Source of the DNA: a plasmid
DNA length: 64,000 nt
Reading direction: 5' to 3' (one strand)
Sequence record: NZ_CP024444.1
This document shows, piece by piece, positions 38,078 through 47,396 of the stretch (its first letter is position 1; every line of letters starts with the position of its first letter). The notes below the pieces were generated by a model that saw only the letters and a program-made list of their open reading frames with translations, made no database searches and was not told the origin of the DNA. The translations under genes and the position numbers were made by a program.

Positions 38078-39619
38078 ATGTCAGACAAAAGCAATAAATA
38101 CATGAATACCGACTTTTTAGAGCCAACCGCCCTAGATGCCGCTATTTATCACTCACAAAACAAGCGTTACGCTGATATTGCCGCCCGACAAGAGCAGGCG
38201 GCATACATACGTCAAGTACGCGCGGAACAATGGGGCGAAGAAGTTTCTAACCAAGCTTTGCGTAACTCATTTGTAGCACTCGCCAAAAAAGCCTACCCGA
38301 CTGAACTAAACTATTTATGGCACTACACTGCTGAATTGCGCGAGCTTTTGGTATATCCTGCCTTGCCTAAACTTATTTACTACCCACCAGGTAATGGTAA
38401 AATCCTTGAGATTGACCCGATTGTGACCAGTAATGGCTTATTTAAAGCTAAAACCTACACAGCACAATATAATGAGCATCACGCCTGCGTGTATTATTAT
38501 CAGCAAATCACTCGCCATACCCGTTTTTTAAACCTGATTAGCGATATGTTAGTTAACTATTCTGAAGCTTTGGATTTAGCCTACAACCATTACCCTGAAG
38601 TCACCGATGACAATGGCTTTTGGACACCCAAAGACTTTATTGCGCGTGAGTTAATTGACCGCTTACACCGTGTTACCCAAGCCGATGTGGTATCAGGCAT
38701 TCAATTAAACACCTTGGATGATACCGAGTTGTATGCGCCTGTATCTCGATGTGAAATTGGTCTAACCCTATTGGATAAATGCTACTCACGCATTGAGGCT
38801 ATCGAGCGTGGCGAGCTTTATCATCCATTGGCTGGTGAGAATTATGTCCCACCAATGCCAGCTCCCATGTATAGCGAACACGCGGCCAATAATGTGTATT
38901 CGGTATGGTATGACACTTTGGCCAATGAAGCGTATGGCTATTACCGGAATTTTGCTGACCAAGACGCCTTGGAAAACACTGGATTTATGGTGGCTGGACT
39001 TAGTTATTTAGACAACGAGCTGGCTCGCGTGATGACACCGTTTCCACCTAACCCAAACAAGGCGGAAGAGCAAAGCATGCAGTACCATATCCGCCAATTG
39101 ATGTTTTTACGCGGTTTAATTCGTCGTAAAGGGCATTTTTTAGCAGCCATTACCCATGTGTTGTTGATGATTTTTGAGCGATTACCACAAGCACAACCAT
39201 TGTTGTGCAACTTAATCTTTAACAACACATTCTATGAATTTGAGCAGCATCTAGCTAAAAGAGAATTTGTTTGTGATTTACCCGATAAAGAACAGTTATT
39301 TAATGATGAAGCATTCTTAAACCTTATCTTTATCAACAACGACAATGCTGATACATTGTTGGACGACTCGGTAAACTTGTATCGTCATGCTGAACAAGTT
39401 ATGGCGCAATTAGCCGAATTACGCGCCAATGGCAATCCAACGCCTGTATGGAATTTCAGACGTGATACTTTTATCAGTGGTGATTATAGCTATACACCTG
39501 AAGTCAAGGCTAACCGAATGCAATTTATGGCAGATGAATACCAAAACTTAGTTGCGTATATGGATGGCTTTAAACCTGTGGAAGAAAGACCTCCTATCCG
39601 CCCAGCTGCCACCCAATAA
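38078..39619 (+). CDS. hypothetical protein (about 513 aa), last gene of the cluster
   Basis: ORF 38072..39619. The ATG at 38078 has better spacing to the AAGGAA RBS. Followed by a clear terminator. No recognisable domain. Confidence 0.55.
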   Translation: MSDKSNKYMNTDFLEPTALDAAIYHSQNKRYADIAARQEQAAYIRQVRAEQWGEEVSNQALRNSFVALAKKAYPTELNYLWHYTAELRELLVYPALPKLIYYPPGNGKILEIDPIVTSNGLFKAKTYTAQYNEHHACVYYYQQITRHTRFLNLISDMLVNYSEALDLAYNHYPEVTDDNGFWTPKDFIARELIDRLHRVTQADVVSGIQLNTLDDTELYAPVSRCEIGLTLLDKCYSRIEAIERGELYHPLAGENYVPPMPAPMYSEHAANNVYSVWYDTLANEAYGYYRNFADQDALENTGFMVAGLSYLDNELARVMTPFPPNPNKAEEQSMQYHIRQLMFLRGLIRRKGHFLAAITHVLLMIFERLPQAQPLLCNLIFNNTFYEFEQHLAKREFVCDLPDKEQLFNDEAFLNLIFINNDNADTLLDDSVNLYRHAEQVMAQLAELRANGNPTPVWNFRRDTFISGDYSYTPEVKANRMQFMADEYQNLVAYMDGFKPVEERPPIRPAATQ

Positions 39620-39630
39620 GCCATCGATTT

Positions 39631-39661
39631 AAAAAAACCGCTTACCATTAAGCGGTTTTTT
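39631..39661 (+). terminator. rho-independent terminator closing the large plus-strand cluster
   Basis: AACCGCTTA-ccat-TAAGCGGTT stem followed by TTTTTTAT, 12 bp after the stop codon. Confidence 0.7.
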
Positions 39662-39763
39662 ATCCTCCGTTGCCGTAAAACCACCGACTTTAGGCGGTGG
39701 ATATAAGGCAACTCCGCAACCATGCTTACGCACAGAAGTTATTAAATGTGTTAAACTAAACCC

Positions 39764-40882
39764 ATGAAAACACTCAAGCTACGCATACGAGATAAACACA
39801 CAAACCAACTTAATAAACTAAGCGGTTTGGTGAATTTCGTATGGAACTACGTTAATGACTTGAGTTACAAACACCTACAAAAAACTGGCAAATTCTTTAG
39901 TGCTTATGACCTAAACCAATACACCAAAGGTAGTGGTGAATTACTAGGCTTGCACAGTCAAACTATTCAAGCCATCAATGAAACCCACGCCAAAAACCGC
40001 AAGCAATCCAAAAAGGTTCGGCTTAACTGGCGAACCAATAGCCTCAAAGCCAAGCGTAAAAGCTTAGGTTGGCTACCTTTTAAACAATCCGCTATTAAGT
40101 ATATTGCCACGCACCAAACTGGCAACTGTTTATCAAAAAGCAAGGGCTTAAAATCCACCTTGCAACTATCCTTAGCCAAAGGACAAAAACTCATCATTGA
40201 CCTATGGGATAGCTACAACCTTAGCCTATATCAAATCAATACTTGCGAACTGGTACAAGACAGTCGTAACCGTTGGTATGCCTGTATCACCGTCAAAGAC
40301 TATCCCAAGCAATCATGCGGTACTGGTAGTGTAGGCATAGACTTGGGTTTAAAAAAAAGTGCTACCACTTCAAGCGGTGACAAACTTACCATCAAGCAAA
40401 CGCTCAAATATGCCAAAGCGTTAGCGATTGCCCAGCGAGCCAACAATAAACAACGTGTTAAGGCAATCCATGCTAAAATCAAACATACACGCCAAGACCT
40501 CATCCATAAATTTACCACCCAATTAGTCAAAGACAATGCGCTAATTGTGGTAGGTGACGTGAAAACCAATCAATTCAACAGTAAAAAAGGCAAACTAGCC
40601 AAATCGGTTTACGATGCAGGTTGGTTTGAACTCAAAAGACAGTTGGAATACAAGTGCAAGCATGCAGACTGTCATTTTGAGGTAGTGAGTGAAAGAATGA
40701 CAACCCAAACCTGTTCGTGCTGTGGCACTCGCAACAGTAATCTTAGCGGTAGAACAGGCTTAGGAATAAGAGAATGGACTTGTGGTGCTTGTCATACCAC
40801 GCATGATAGAGATATCAACGCAGCCAAGAACATTCTTGCGGTTGGGCTTAACCGTCTTGTAGAAGGAATCCCCTCACTTTAG
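39764..40882 (+). CDS. tnpB: IS200/IS605-family TnpB (OrfB, IS1341-like RuvC/Zn-finger RNA-guided nuclease family). It is solo, with no TnpA nearby.
   Basis: Typical TnpB length of 372 aa. C-terminal RuvC-III plus zinc-finger region TCSCCGTRNSNLSGRTGLGIREWTCGACHTTHDRDINAAKNI. No Y1 transposase ORF on either side. Confidence 0.85.
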   Translation: MKTLKLRIRDKHTNQLNKLSGLVNFVWNYVNDLSYKHLQKTGKFFSAYDLNQYTKGSGELLGLHSQTIQAINETHAKNRKQSKKVRLNWRTNSLKAKRKSLGWLPFKQSAIKYIATHQTGNCLSKSKGLKSTLQLSLAKGQKLIIDLWDSYNLSLYQINTCELVQDSRNRWYACITVKDYPKQSCGTGSVGIDLGLKKSATTSSGDKLTIKQTLKYAKALAIAQRANNKQRVKAIHAKIKHTRQDLIHKFTTQLVKDNALIVVGDVKTNQFNSKKGKLAKSVYDAGWFELKRQLEYKCKHADCHFEVVSERMTTQTCSCCGTRNSNLSGRTGLGIREWTCGACHTTHDRDINAAKNILAVGLNRLVEGIPSL

Positions 40883-41005
40883 GGAGGGGAGGAAGTCAAA
40901 CTGCTTACAAACCCTATAATTATAAAAGCTTTGGAATAAGTTAAGGGAATAAGTTAAGATTTTTGAGCAAAATATGCTCAAGCCGTAGTAAAACAGAGGT
41001 GATAT

Positions 41006-41296
41006 ATGACCGATAAAAGCACATTGGCAACCGACAAAGCTGTGTTATTTAGTCCTTATCATAAACGCATTATGGAATTGCTAGATACTCACACCATTAT
41101 CGCTACGCTCGCCACATTAAAAGAAGAGTTTGATTTTCCTTACGATGAAGCTGCACTAACAGACTACATTTACCGTTACACCAATATCAAAGAAATTAGA
41201 AAAAAAGCAACGACGTTTGATTTTAATAAGGCTAGACAAGAAGACGGGTTGCAATCAAACATCCAACCTGACGATCCATTTCCAGCAAGCGGCTAA
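41006..41296 (+). CDS. small hypothetical protein (96 aa)
   Basis: Good RBS (AGAGGTGA, 5 nt before the ATG). Followed by a terminator hairpin at 41303-41334. Confidence 0.4.
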   Translation: MTDKSTLATDKAVLFSPYHKRIMELLDTHTIIATLATLKEEFDFPYDEAALTDYIYRYTNIKEIRKKATTFDFNKARQEDGLQSNIQPDDPFPASG

Positions 41297-41302
41297 AACA
41301 AT

Positions 41303-41334
41303 AAAACCCACTCAAAGCAGTGGGTTTTATTTTA
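41303..41334 (+). terminator. rho-independent terminator
   Basis: AAAACCCACT-caaagc-AGTGGGTTTT followed by ATTTTAAATT. Confidence 0.6.
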
Positions 41335-41536
41335 AATTAAATTTCCGGTAAATCGACGGGACGAAATAAAACGCTCTAAATGCGTTTTATAGCTTACTTA
41401 AACCTTTAAACGACCAATGTACCAACACGATATCAGACAGCGGTTAAACGCGAAATTTGACGCCTTATCGCGTGTCTATTTATCTAACTGGCTGGCTTGA
41501 TGAATAATTCCACTTCAACACGCCAGCAATCACCTT

Positions 41537-44206
41537 TTATTTTTTGGTGCTTGATGGTTTTTTAGCTTTACTTTTGCTTTTACTTGTACCTGTTTTTTTC
41601 TTGCCACCGTTAGCTTTAACTTCCTTGTAGTAAGCATAATCAGGCTTACCATCTTTAGTGCTCGATGTTGTAGTGCCGCAATCTCGATCAAAGCACCCAA
41701 ACCAAATCCGTTTTGGCTCTGTTTTGGTCAAGCGTTTTTCCATAGGTCCTTTACATTCAGGGCATGGGTACAATGGTTTACCGTCTTTCATTGCTGCATT
41801 GATTTTTGCTTGTTTTTCCGCCTCTTTATCGGCAAAGAATTTCTCTTTGTCTAAAACAGGCTTACCCTCTCTGTTTTCAAAGGTAATAAAGTCGCATTTT
41901 TGTTTGCTGCTGATACAACGCCAATAGAATTTACCTGGCTCTTTACTGTTTTCTCGTCTAACCACGACATCACCGCAGTCTGGACAAGGAAATTTAGGGG
42001 TTCCGTCTTCATTGATAAAACCCACCCTTTCTTTCTCGGTACGCTCTTTGATAAAGGCATCCAAGTCAAAAATTGGGGTTTTAGTCTTGCCATCGTCATA
42101 CGCAAAGCCTTCACAGCCGTCTTTATCACGACTACAACGCCAATAAAACTTGCCCTTTTTATTGGAATTTTCACGTCTTACCATTGGACTTTGGCAGATA
42201 TTACAAGGGTGTAACGCTTTGCCGTCTGCATCCACAAACCGCTTAATTTCATCCTCTTTCATTTTTTTAATATCTTCACGGGTGGCAGGTTTACCATCTA
42301 AATCAATGGTTTTATAACCACACCGTTCTGAACAAATCCAGTAGTGCTTTTTGTATTCTTTGTTATACCCCTGCATCATGCCAGCACCGCAATCAGGACA
42401 AGGGTATCTAACCGCCTTGCTTAATTGAGCGTTTTCTTTCTCAAGCAATGCAAATACTTCACGAAGGTATTCTTTATAGTCTTTATCACCATTGGCAATT
42501 TCATCGAGTGCTTGTTCCATACTGCGTGTATAGCTAGTTTTCATGATACTAAGCACGTCGGTTAGCGTATCAACCAAATCTTTTGCGTTGGAGGTCGACA
42601 CCAATGCCTTTACCTTAGATTTACCTACTTTTTCAGTCTTAATATACCCATGTGTCGGGTCACAAATTGTGGACACGGTTGTCGCAAACGTAGACGGTCG
42701 ACCAATCCCTTCTTTTTCCATCTTCTTAATCAAACTAGCTTCAGTAAACGGTTTGGGTGGCTGGGTTACGGCATTTGATACATCATAACCGCACACATCC
42801 ACCACATCCCCAATATTAAATTCAGGGAATTTTTCTTCGCTTTCTTCCGCACTGTTTGGGTTTTTCTCGTTATTATCATCGTCAACTTCGTCAACATCTT
42901 TTAAAACCATCCAGCCTTTTGAGATTAAAACTGAATCTATCGCATTAAAAATGTATTTTTTACCGTCACACTCCCCTTCAAAGGTGGTTTTTAATTGGTT
43001 GTAAGTCGCAGGCTTTAATTGACTGGCAATTGTTCTATTAAAAATTAGCTCGTATAATGCTTTAGCATCCCCTTCAAGGTCACTGCCATCATAGTCAACT
43101 GCAGTCGGTCTAAGGCATTCGTGACCTTCTTGGGCTACGGCATCCTTACGGGTTCTGACACGTTTAGCGTCTAAAACAGGGTAGCCTTTTTGTTCAGCAA
43201 ATTCTTTTAGTAAGTCAAAGCCTTCATCTGATATCGCGTCGCTATCGGTTCGCATATAGGTAATATGACCAGCTTCATACAGGGTTTGCAAGATTTCCAT
43301 GGTTTTTTTACTGGTCAACCCTAGCTTATTAATAGCATCCTGCTGAATGGTGCTTGTACGATAAGGATGTGGGGCACTGCGTTCTTTGGTGCTTTCTTCA
43401 ATATCGATTACCGTTAGTTTTTTGATGGTTTTGGCTATTTTGTCGGCAAGCTCTTTATTGGTGAAATAAGACGTTTCAACAACAACCTTTTCGCCTTTGT
43501 CGTTTTCAATCTCTTCGGTACTAATTAAGCCACTTTTAGCCTTATCAAGCTTACAACCCCACTGTGGTAGGTCTTTTTTAGTATCTTCTTCGTTTGGCCA
43601 CGTTTTTGAAAATAGCTTAACGTTAAAATGTTTGACAGGTTTGAAATTGCTAATTTCGCGCTCACGCTCAACCACAAAAAGCACCGCTTGAGATTGAACA
43701 CGCCCAACAGGTGAAACACGCCCTAACTTCTGTGACAATGCCTTAGTTGAGTCCCAACCCACTTTGCGATCCAGTATCCTACGAGCCTCTTGAGCCGTCA
43801 CCAAGCTATAATCAATTTTACGAGGATTGCTTAACGCATTTGCCAGTTGGCTCTTAGTAATACTATTAAATGTACAGCGAAAATAGTCACCTTCACCAAG
43901 ACCTAGGTGTTTTTTTAGACTTTTAGCAATCGCTTCCCCTTCTCGGTCAGGGTCGCTTGCTAGACAGACTGCGTCAAATTTTTTGAGGTTCGCTTTGGTT
44001 TTTCTAACAAACCCCTCGCCTCTGTCTGATAACTCATAGTCAATTTCTAGCGTTTCTTCATCAAAACCCATTTCACCTTTCTTGGTCGTCATTCCCTCGA
44101 TGTGTCCACCACACGCAACAACATCCCAGCCATCACCAAGTATCTTTTTGAGTTTATCGATTTTACCGCCAGACTCCACAATCATGAGTTTTTTCTTGTC
44201 ACTCAT
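41537..44206 (-). CDS. type IA DNA topoisomerase (Topo III/TopB-like, plasmid/ICE type) with at least three C-terminal C4 zinc-ribbon repeats and a Lys-rich tail
   Basis: N-terminal Toprim region (MIVESGGKIDKLKKILG, DPDREGEAIA). C-terminal repeats CPDCGAGM...WICSERCGY, CNICQSPM...WRCSRDKDGCEGF, CPDCGDVV...WRCISSKQKCDF and CPECKGPM...FGCFDRDCG. Confidence 0.85.
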   Translation of the reverse strand: MSDKKKLMIVESGGKIDKLKKILGDGWDVVACGGHIEGMTTKKGEMGFDEETLEIDYELSDRGEGFVRKTKANLKKFDAVCLASDPDREGEAIAKSLKKHLGLGEGDYFRCTFNSITKSQLANALSNPRKIDYSLVTAQEARRILDRKVGWDSTKALSQKLGRVSPVGRVQSQAVLFVVEREREISNFKPVKHFNVKLFSKTWPNEEDTKKDLPQWGCKLDKAKSGLISTEEIENDKGEKVVVETSYFTNKELADKIAKTIKKLTVIDIEESTKERSAPHPYRTSTIQQDAINKLGLTSKKTMEILQTLYEAGHITYMRTDSDAISDEGFDLLKEFAEQKGYPVLDAKRVRTRKDAVAQEGHECLRPTAVDYDGSDLEGDAKALYELIFNRTIASQLKPATYNQLKTTFEGECDGKKYIFNAIDSVLISKGWMVLKDVDEVDDDNNEKNPNSAEESEEKFPEFNIGDVVDVCGYDVSNAVTQPPKPFTEASLIKKMEKEGIGRPSTFATTVSTICDPTHGYIKTEKVGKSKVKALVSTSNAKDLVDTLTDVLSIMKTSYTRSMEQALDEIANGDKDYKEYLREVFALLEKENAQLSKAVRYPCPDCGAGMMQGYNKEYKKHYWICSERCGYKTIDLDGKPATREDIKKMKEDEIKRFVDADGKALHPCNICQSPMVRRENSNKKGKFYWRCSRDKDGCEGFAYDDGKTKTPIFDLDAFIKERTEKERVGFINEDGTPKFPCPDCGDVVVRRENSKEPGKFYWRCISSKQKCDFITFENREGKPVLDKEKFFADKEAEKQAKINAAMKDGKPLYPCPECKGPMEKRLTKTEPKRIWFGCFDRDCGTTTSSTKDGKPDYAYYKEVKANGGKKKTGTSKSKSKAKKPSSTKK

Positions 44207-44321
44207 ACTTTCACCTAATTATTCGCTATAAATTAAATTTTGGACACGTAACAAGCATCACGCTCGCCCAAAAATCCAAACCATTATCCTTTCCGGTAAA
44301 TGGTCAATACCAACATTAAAA

Positions 44322-44360
44322 CATATTAAAAAGCCTACGACAAACTGATTATCGTAGGCT
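44322..44360 (-). terminator. rho-independent terminator downstream of the 542-aa membrane-protein gene (minus strand)
   Basis: AGCCTACG-13 nt-CGTAGGCT stem. On the minus strand it is followed by a TTTTTAATAT tract. Confidence 0.55.
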
Positions 44361-44382
44361 ACTTACCAAGGGTTAAGCTTGC

Positions 44383-46011
44383 TTATGCAAAGGCATCTAC
44401 AACGATTTTACTATCATCATTTTGTAGTGACAGATCATACTCATAACGTTCGTTTTGTTTATCGCTTAGTCGCTCAAGAATAATGTCTTTATCTGTGCCA
44501 GTCACATTTTTCAACTTTTCCCAAGCCTCGACTTCTTCTTCAGTGAATTTAAAATAGCGTACCTGTTCCACTAAACCATCATACGCAATGGTAAAAGACG
44601 GTTCATTCAGTAAGCTATCCAAGGTTTTTTCCATTAAAAAGTGTGAACTGGCACCTAAATTCTCACAATACCAACTCGGACGCCCAACATTTTGAACCAT
44701 TGCCCACAATGTACGGTCATAAAACTTCATCCATTTTAAATGGCAAGGTGGCAACACGCCAATCTGACGGGCTTTTTCAAGACACGCAATAATGATGGTT
44801 CTTGTATAAGCATGTTTAGAGATAATTTTTTTGGCAAGTGGCCTTTCAATCCATGTCGCCAAGTCTGCCTTGTACTCTTCTAACTTATCAAAGTCTAAAA
44901 AGCCTCGGTCTTCATCATTGTCGCCAGTTTTTTTAGTTAAATCACGATATACCCAATTGAACATATAGTCCAAGCGTTCTTGTGATTTATTTTTAATCTC
45001 TTTAAATTCCTCGTCTGTTAACTCGGTATCTTCAGCGCAAGCACGGGGTAAGATGATCGTTAAAAGTATCAACTCAAGCGGCTCTATGTTATCAATGCCT
45101 GACCACGGCTCACCTAATTGTTTAATCATAACGCTATTGAAACGATCCGGGTCAATGATTGGCACCAAGTTGCTTTTGTCAGTTAAGTTCACATCCAATG
45201 TATCAATCGTTGGAGGCACAAAACGCTCATTAAACTTTTTACCATAATCATCAGGCGAAATCGTATTTGGTCGCAACATAAACCCACTAATTAGGTCGTT
45301 CTCAAAACAAAAACGCTTGGTGCCATCCATGATACGCAGTTGACCTTTATTAATAGGTAGTAAATTAGGGTTAACTAAATCCACTAAGCTTAAATGCGGA
45401 TATAAAGGTCTTTGTTCGCGGATAAAGCTTTCCATGTCATGTTTTTTGGTCATGGTATTATCCGGGTGCTTTTTGGCAACACGAGCCACGCCTGCGCCTG
45501 CGCTAAAAATAGCAGGCCAAATGATAATGATATTGGGTAAAAAACTCGCCACAAACGCTTTGATACTGCCGATTTGATCTAAATCGACCAGTGTTTTTTG
45601 ACAACTAAACAGTGCATCCAATCCATTGCTAGTTGGACCACAAAAATCTCTAATATTTTTGGTTAATAGGCTTTGCTCGGCTGGTGCAATCACTTCAGAA
45701 AACGCCAAAAAAAACCATAAACCAGCAAAGGTAAATCCCAAAAGGGCATTTTTCTTCTGCTGTGTATGTCTATAATAAGAGATTGCCGCAATAATAATAC
45801 CAATGCTTACGCAGACTTCAGCCCCACCATACATACCAAAATGGTTTTCACCATAATATACAGGCAAGGTAATCACACCATATACCCATTTAGCTATCAT
45901 TAATACAAATTTTTTGATGGTAAGCCATAAGGTATAAGCAAACATACTCATACCAGCGATCATCACTAGCGTTTCTAGCTCGTCTTGACTTCTACGATTA
46001 TTTTGAGTCAT
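44383..46011 (-). CDS. membrane protein (542 aa) with four N-terminal TM helices and a large cytoplasmic domain; DotM/IcmP-like topology, function unknown
   Basis: TM helices within the first about 175 residues, then a soluble domain with no motif. Forms a co-directional array with the T4BSS-like genes. Confidence 0.5.
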   Translation of the reverse strand: MTQNNRRSQDELETLVMIAGMSMFAYTLWLTIKKFVLMIAKWVYGVITLPVYYGENHFGMYGGAEVCVSIGIIIAAISYYRHTQQKKNALLGFTFAGLWFFLAFSEVIAPAEQSLLTKNIRDFCGPTSNGLDALFSCQKTLVDLDQIGSIKAFVASFLPNIIIIWPAIFSAGAGVARVAKKHPDNTMTKKHDMESFIREQRPLYPHLSLVDLVNPNLLPINKGQLRIMDGTKRFCFENDLISGFMLRPNTISPDDYGKKFNERFVPPTIDTLDVNLTDKSNLVPIIDPDRFNSVMIKQLGEPWSGIDNIEPLELILLTIILPRACAEDTELTDEEFKEIKNKSQERLDYMFNWVYRDLTKKTGDNDEDRGFLDFDKLEEYKADLATWIERPLAKKIISKHAYTRTIIIACLEKARQIGVLPPCHLKWMKFYDRTLWAMVQNVGRPSWYCENLGASSHFLMEKTLDSLLNEPSFTIAYDGLVEQVRYFKFTEEEVEAWEKLKNVTGTDKDIILERLSDKQNERYEYDLSLQNDDSKIVVDAFA

Positions 46012-46027
46012 AGTTATCTCTTACATC

Positions 46028-47380
46028 TTAAAACAGATTAAGTTTTTTAATGTTGCCCGTGAAAGGTTTTTTAAGTTGTGCGCTAGTGCCACTACCCGAC
46101 TCAACCGCTTTTTGTTCCTGTTCCTTCTTCAGCATATTAATGATGTCTGACATGTCTTGCCCGGCATTCTCTTCTTTTTTATCAGCCACCGTGCCAGCCG
46201 TTACAGGTAGCTCGGTTACAGGTAGCTCGGTTTGAGTAACCGCGATTGTTGACGCTGTTTGCAACGGCGGTTCTACGGGTGTTTCATTGCTGCCACTTGC
46301 ATCCGTTGCTTTTAATGAATTTGTTGTCACTGTAACCGATTGATTGTTCTTATCGACAGATGCATTGGTCGCATCTGCGATAGGGGTTGCATCCATGCTA
46401 TTTGCAACATCATTAGAAATATCTGCAGGAACTTCATTAGGAACTTGCTGACTGCCTGTAACTTCATTGATTGTGCTTAAATTACCGTTAATTGCACTTT
46501 GATGGTCATTCGTTGGCATGACTGACTCGGCTACTTTGTCTTCAACCACAGGCATAGCGACATCACTACCCCGTGTTGTTAAAGTCACCAAATCTTTTTG
46601 ATTTGCATCTGCGAGGGTGTTTAATTCATCTGTATTAATTGAATTGATCGAAAGCAACTTAACCATTGATACATTTTTATTTAAAAACCCATATTGGTGC
46701 TTGTTTTCTAGGTACACTAAATCATAAGTAACAGGGTGAACATCGATAAGGTGCATTAGTCGGCTTTGTTCAGGGTGCTGTTTAATCATGAGTTTGGCAT
46801 ATACTGTCAAGCTTTTAATGCCTATGTTCTCAAAGATAGCATCCAGCGTCATTCTTTGCTCAACACTACTTGCACTCTGTTTAATGGCGAATAGATATCG
46901 TAAAGCATCGATAACGAAGTCAAGACCACTTGCCAAATAGCTTAGGAATAGGTTATTAACAAACCGATAGTTCATATCCTTTTTAAAAAGGTTGTTAAAT
47001 TTACTGACATATATCTGCCATAGGGCATTTTTTGACTTAAATGCATCCCCTATTTCACTGATATTTATCAAACTGCCTGATTGCTGACAAATCATGCCAA
47101 GTAAAATAATGTCTACAAACCCTAAAATATATCCATCATAATTCGTCCGAATCATTTTACGGATATCAGCCATGTGTAAGTCTTTTGCGTATTCGTTATT
47201 GATAAACTTTCTTTTGGATAAACAAAGCATTTCAATTAATTCATTGTCGCCAATTAGGGCGACCAATTGCTCTCTATTGATTACAAATCTGTTTTTAAAT
47301 TCTTTACCCAATGCTGTACTTTTATCATTAATAAGTCGAATTTCACTAAAGGTTGTACTGAAGCTATTTGGCATATCCAT
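46028..47380 (-). CDS. hypothetical protein (450 aa) with a low-complexity T/S/V/N-rich C-terminal third
   Basis: ORF in the same co-directional array. No recognisable motif. Confidence 0.5.
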   Translation of the reverse strand: MDMPNSFSTTFSEIRLINDKSTALGKEFKNRFVINREQLVALIGDNELIEMLCLSKRKFINNEYAKDLHMADIRKMIRTNYDGYILGFVDIILLGMICQQSGSLINISEIGDAFKSKNALWQIYVSKFNNLFKKDMNYRFVNNLFLSYLASGLDFVIDALRYLFAIKQSASSVEQRMTLDAIFENIGIKSLTVYAKLMIKQHPEQSRLMHLIDVHPVTYDLVYLENKHQYGFLNKNVSMVKLLSINSINTDELNTLADANQKDLVTLTTRGSDVAMPVVEDKVAESVMPTNDHQSAINGNLSTINEVTGSQQVPNEVPADISNDVANSMDATPIADATNASVDKNNQSVTVTTNSLKATDASGSNETPVEPPLQTASTIAVTQTELPVTELPVTAGTVADKKEENAGQDMSDIINMLKKEQEQKAVESGSGTSAQLKKPFTGNIKKLNLF

Positions 47381-47396
47381 CTACCTTTTAAAATTC

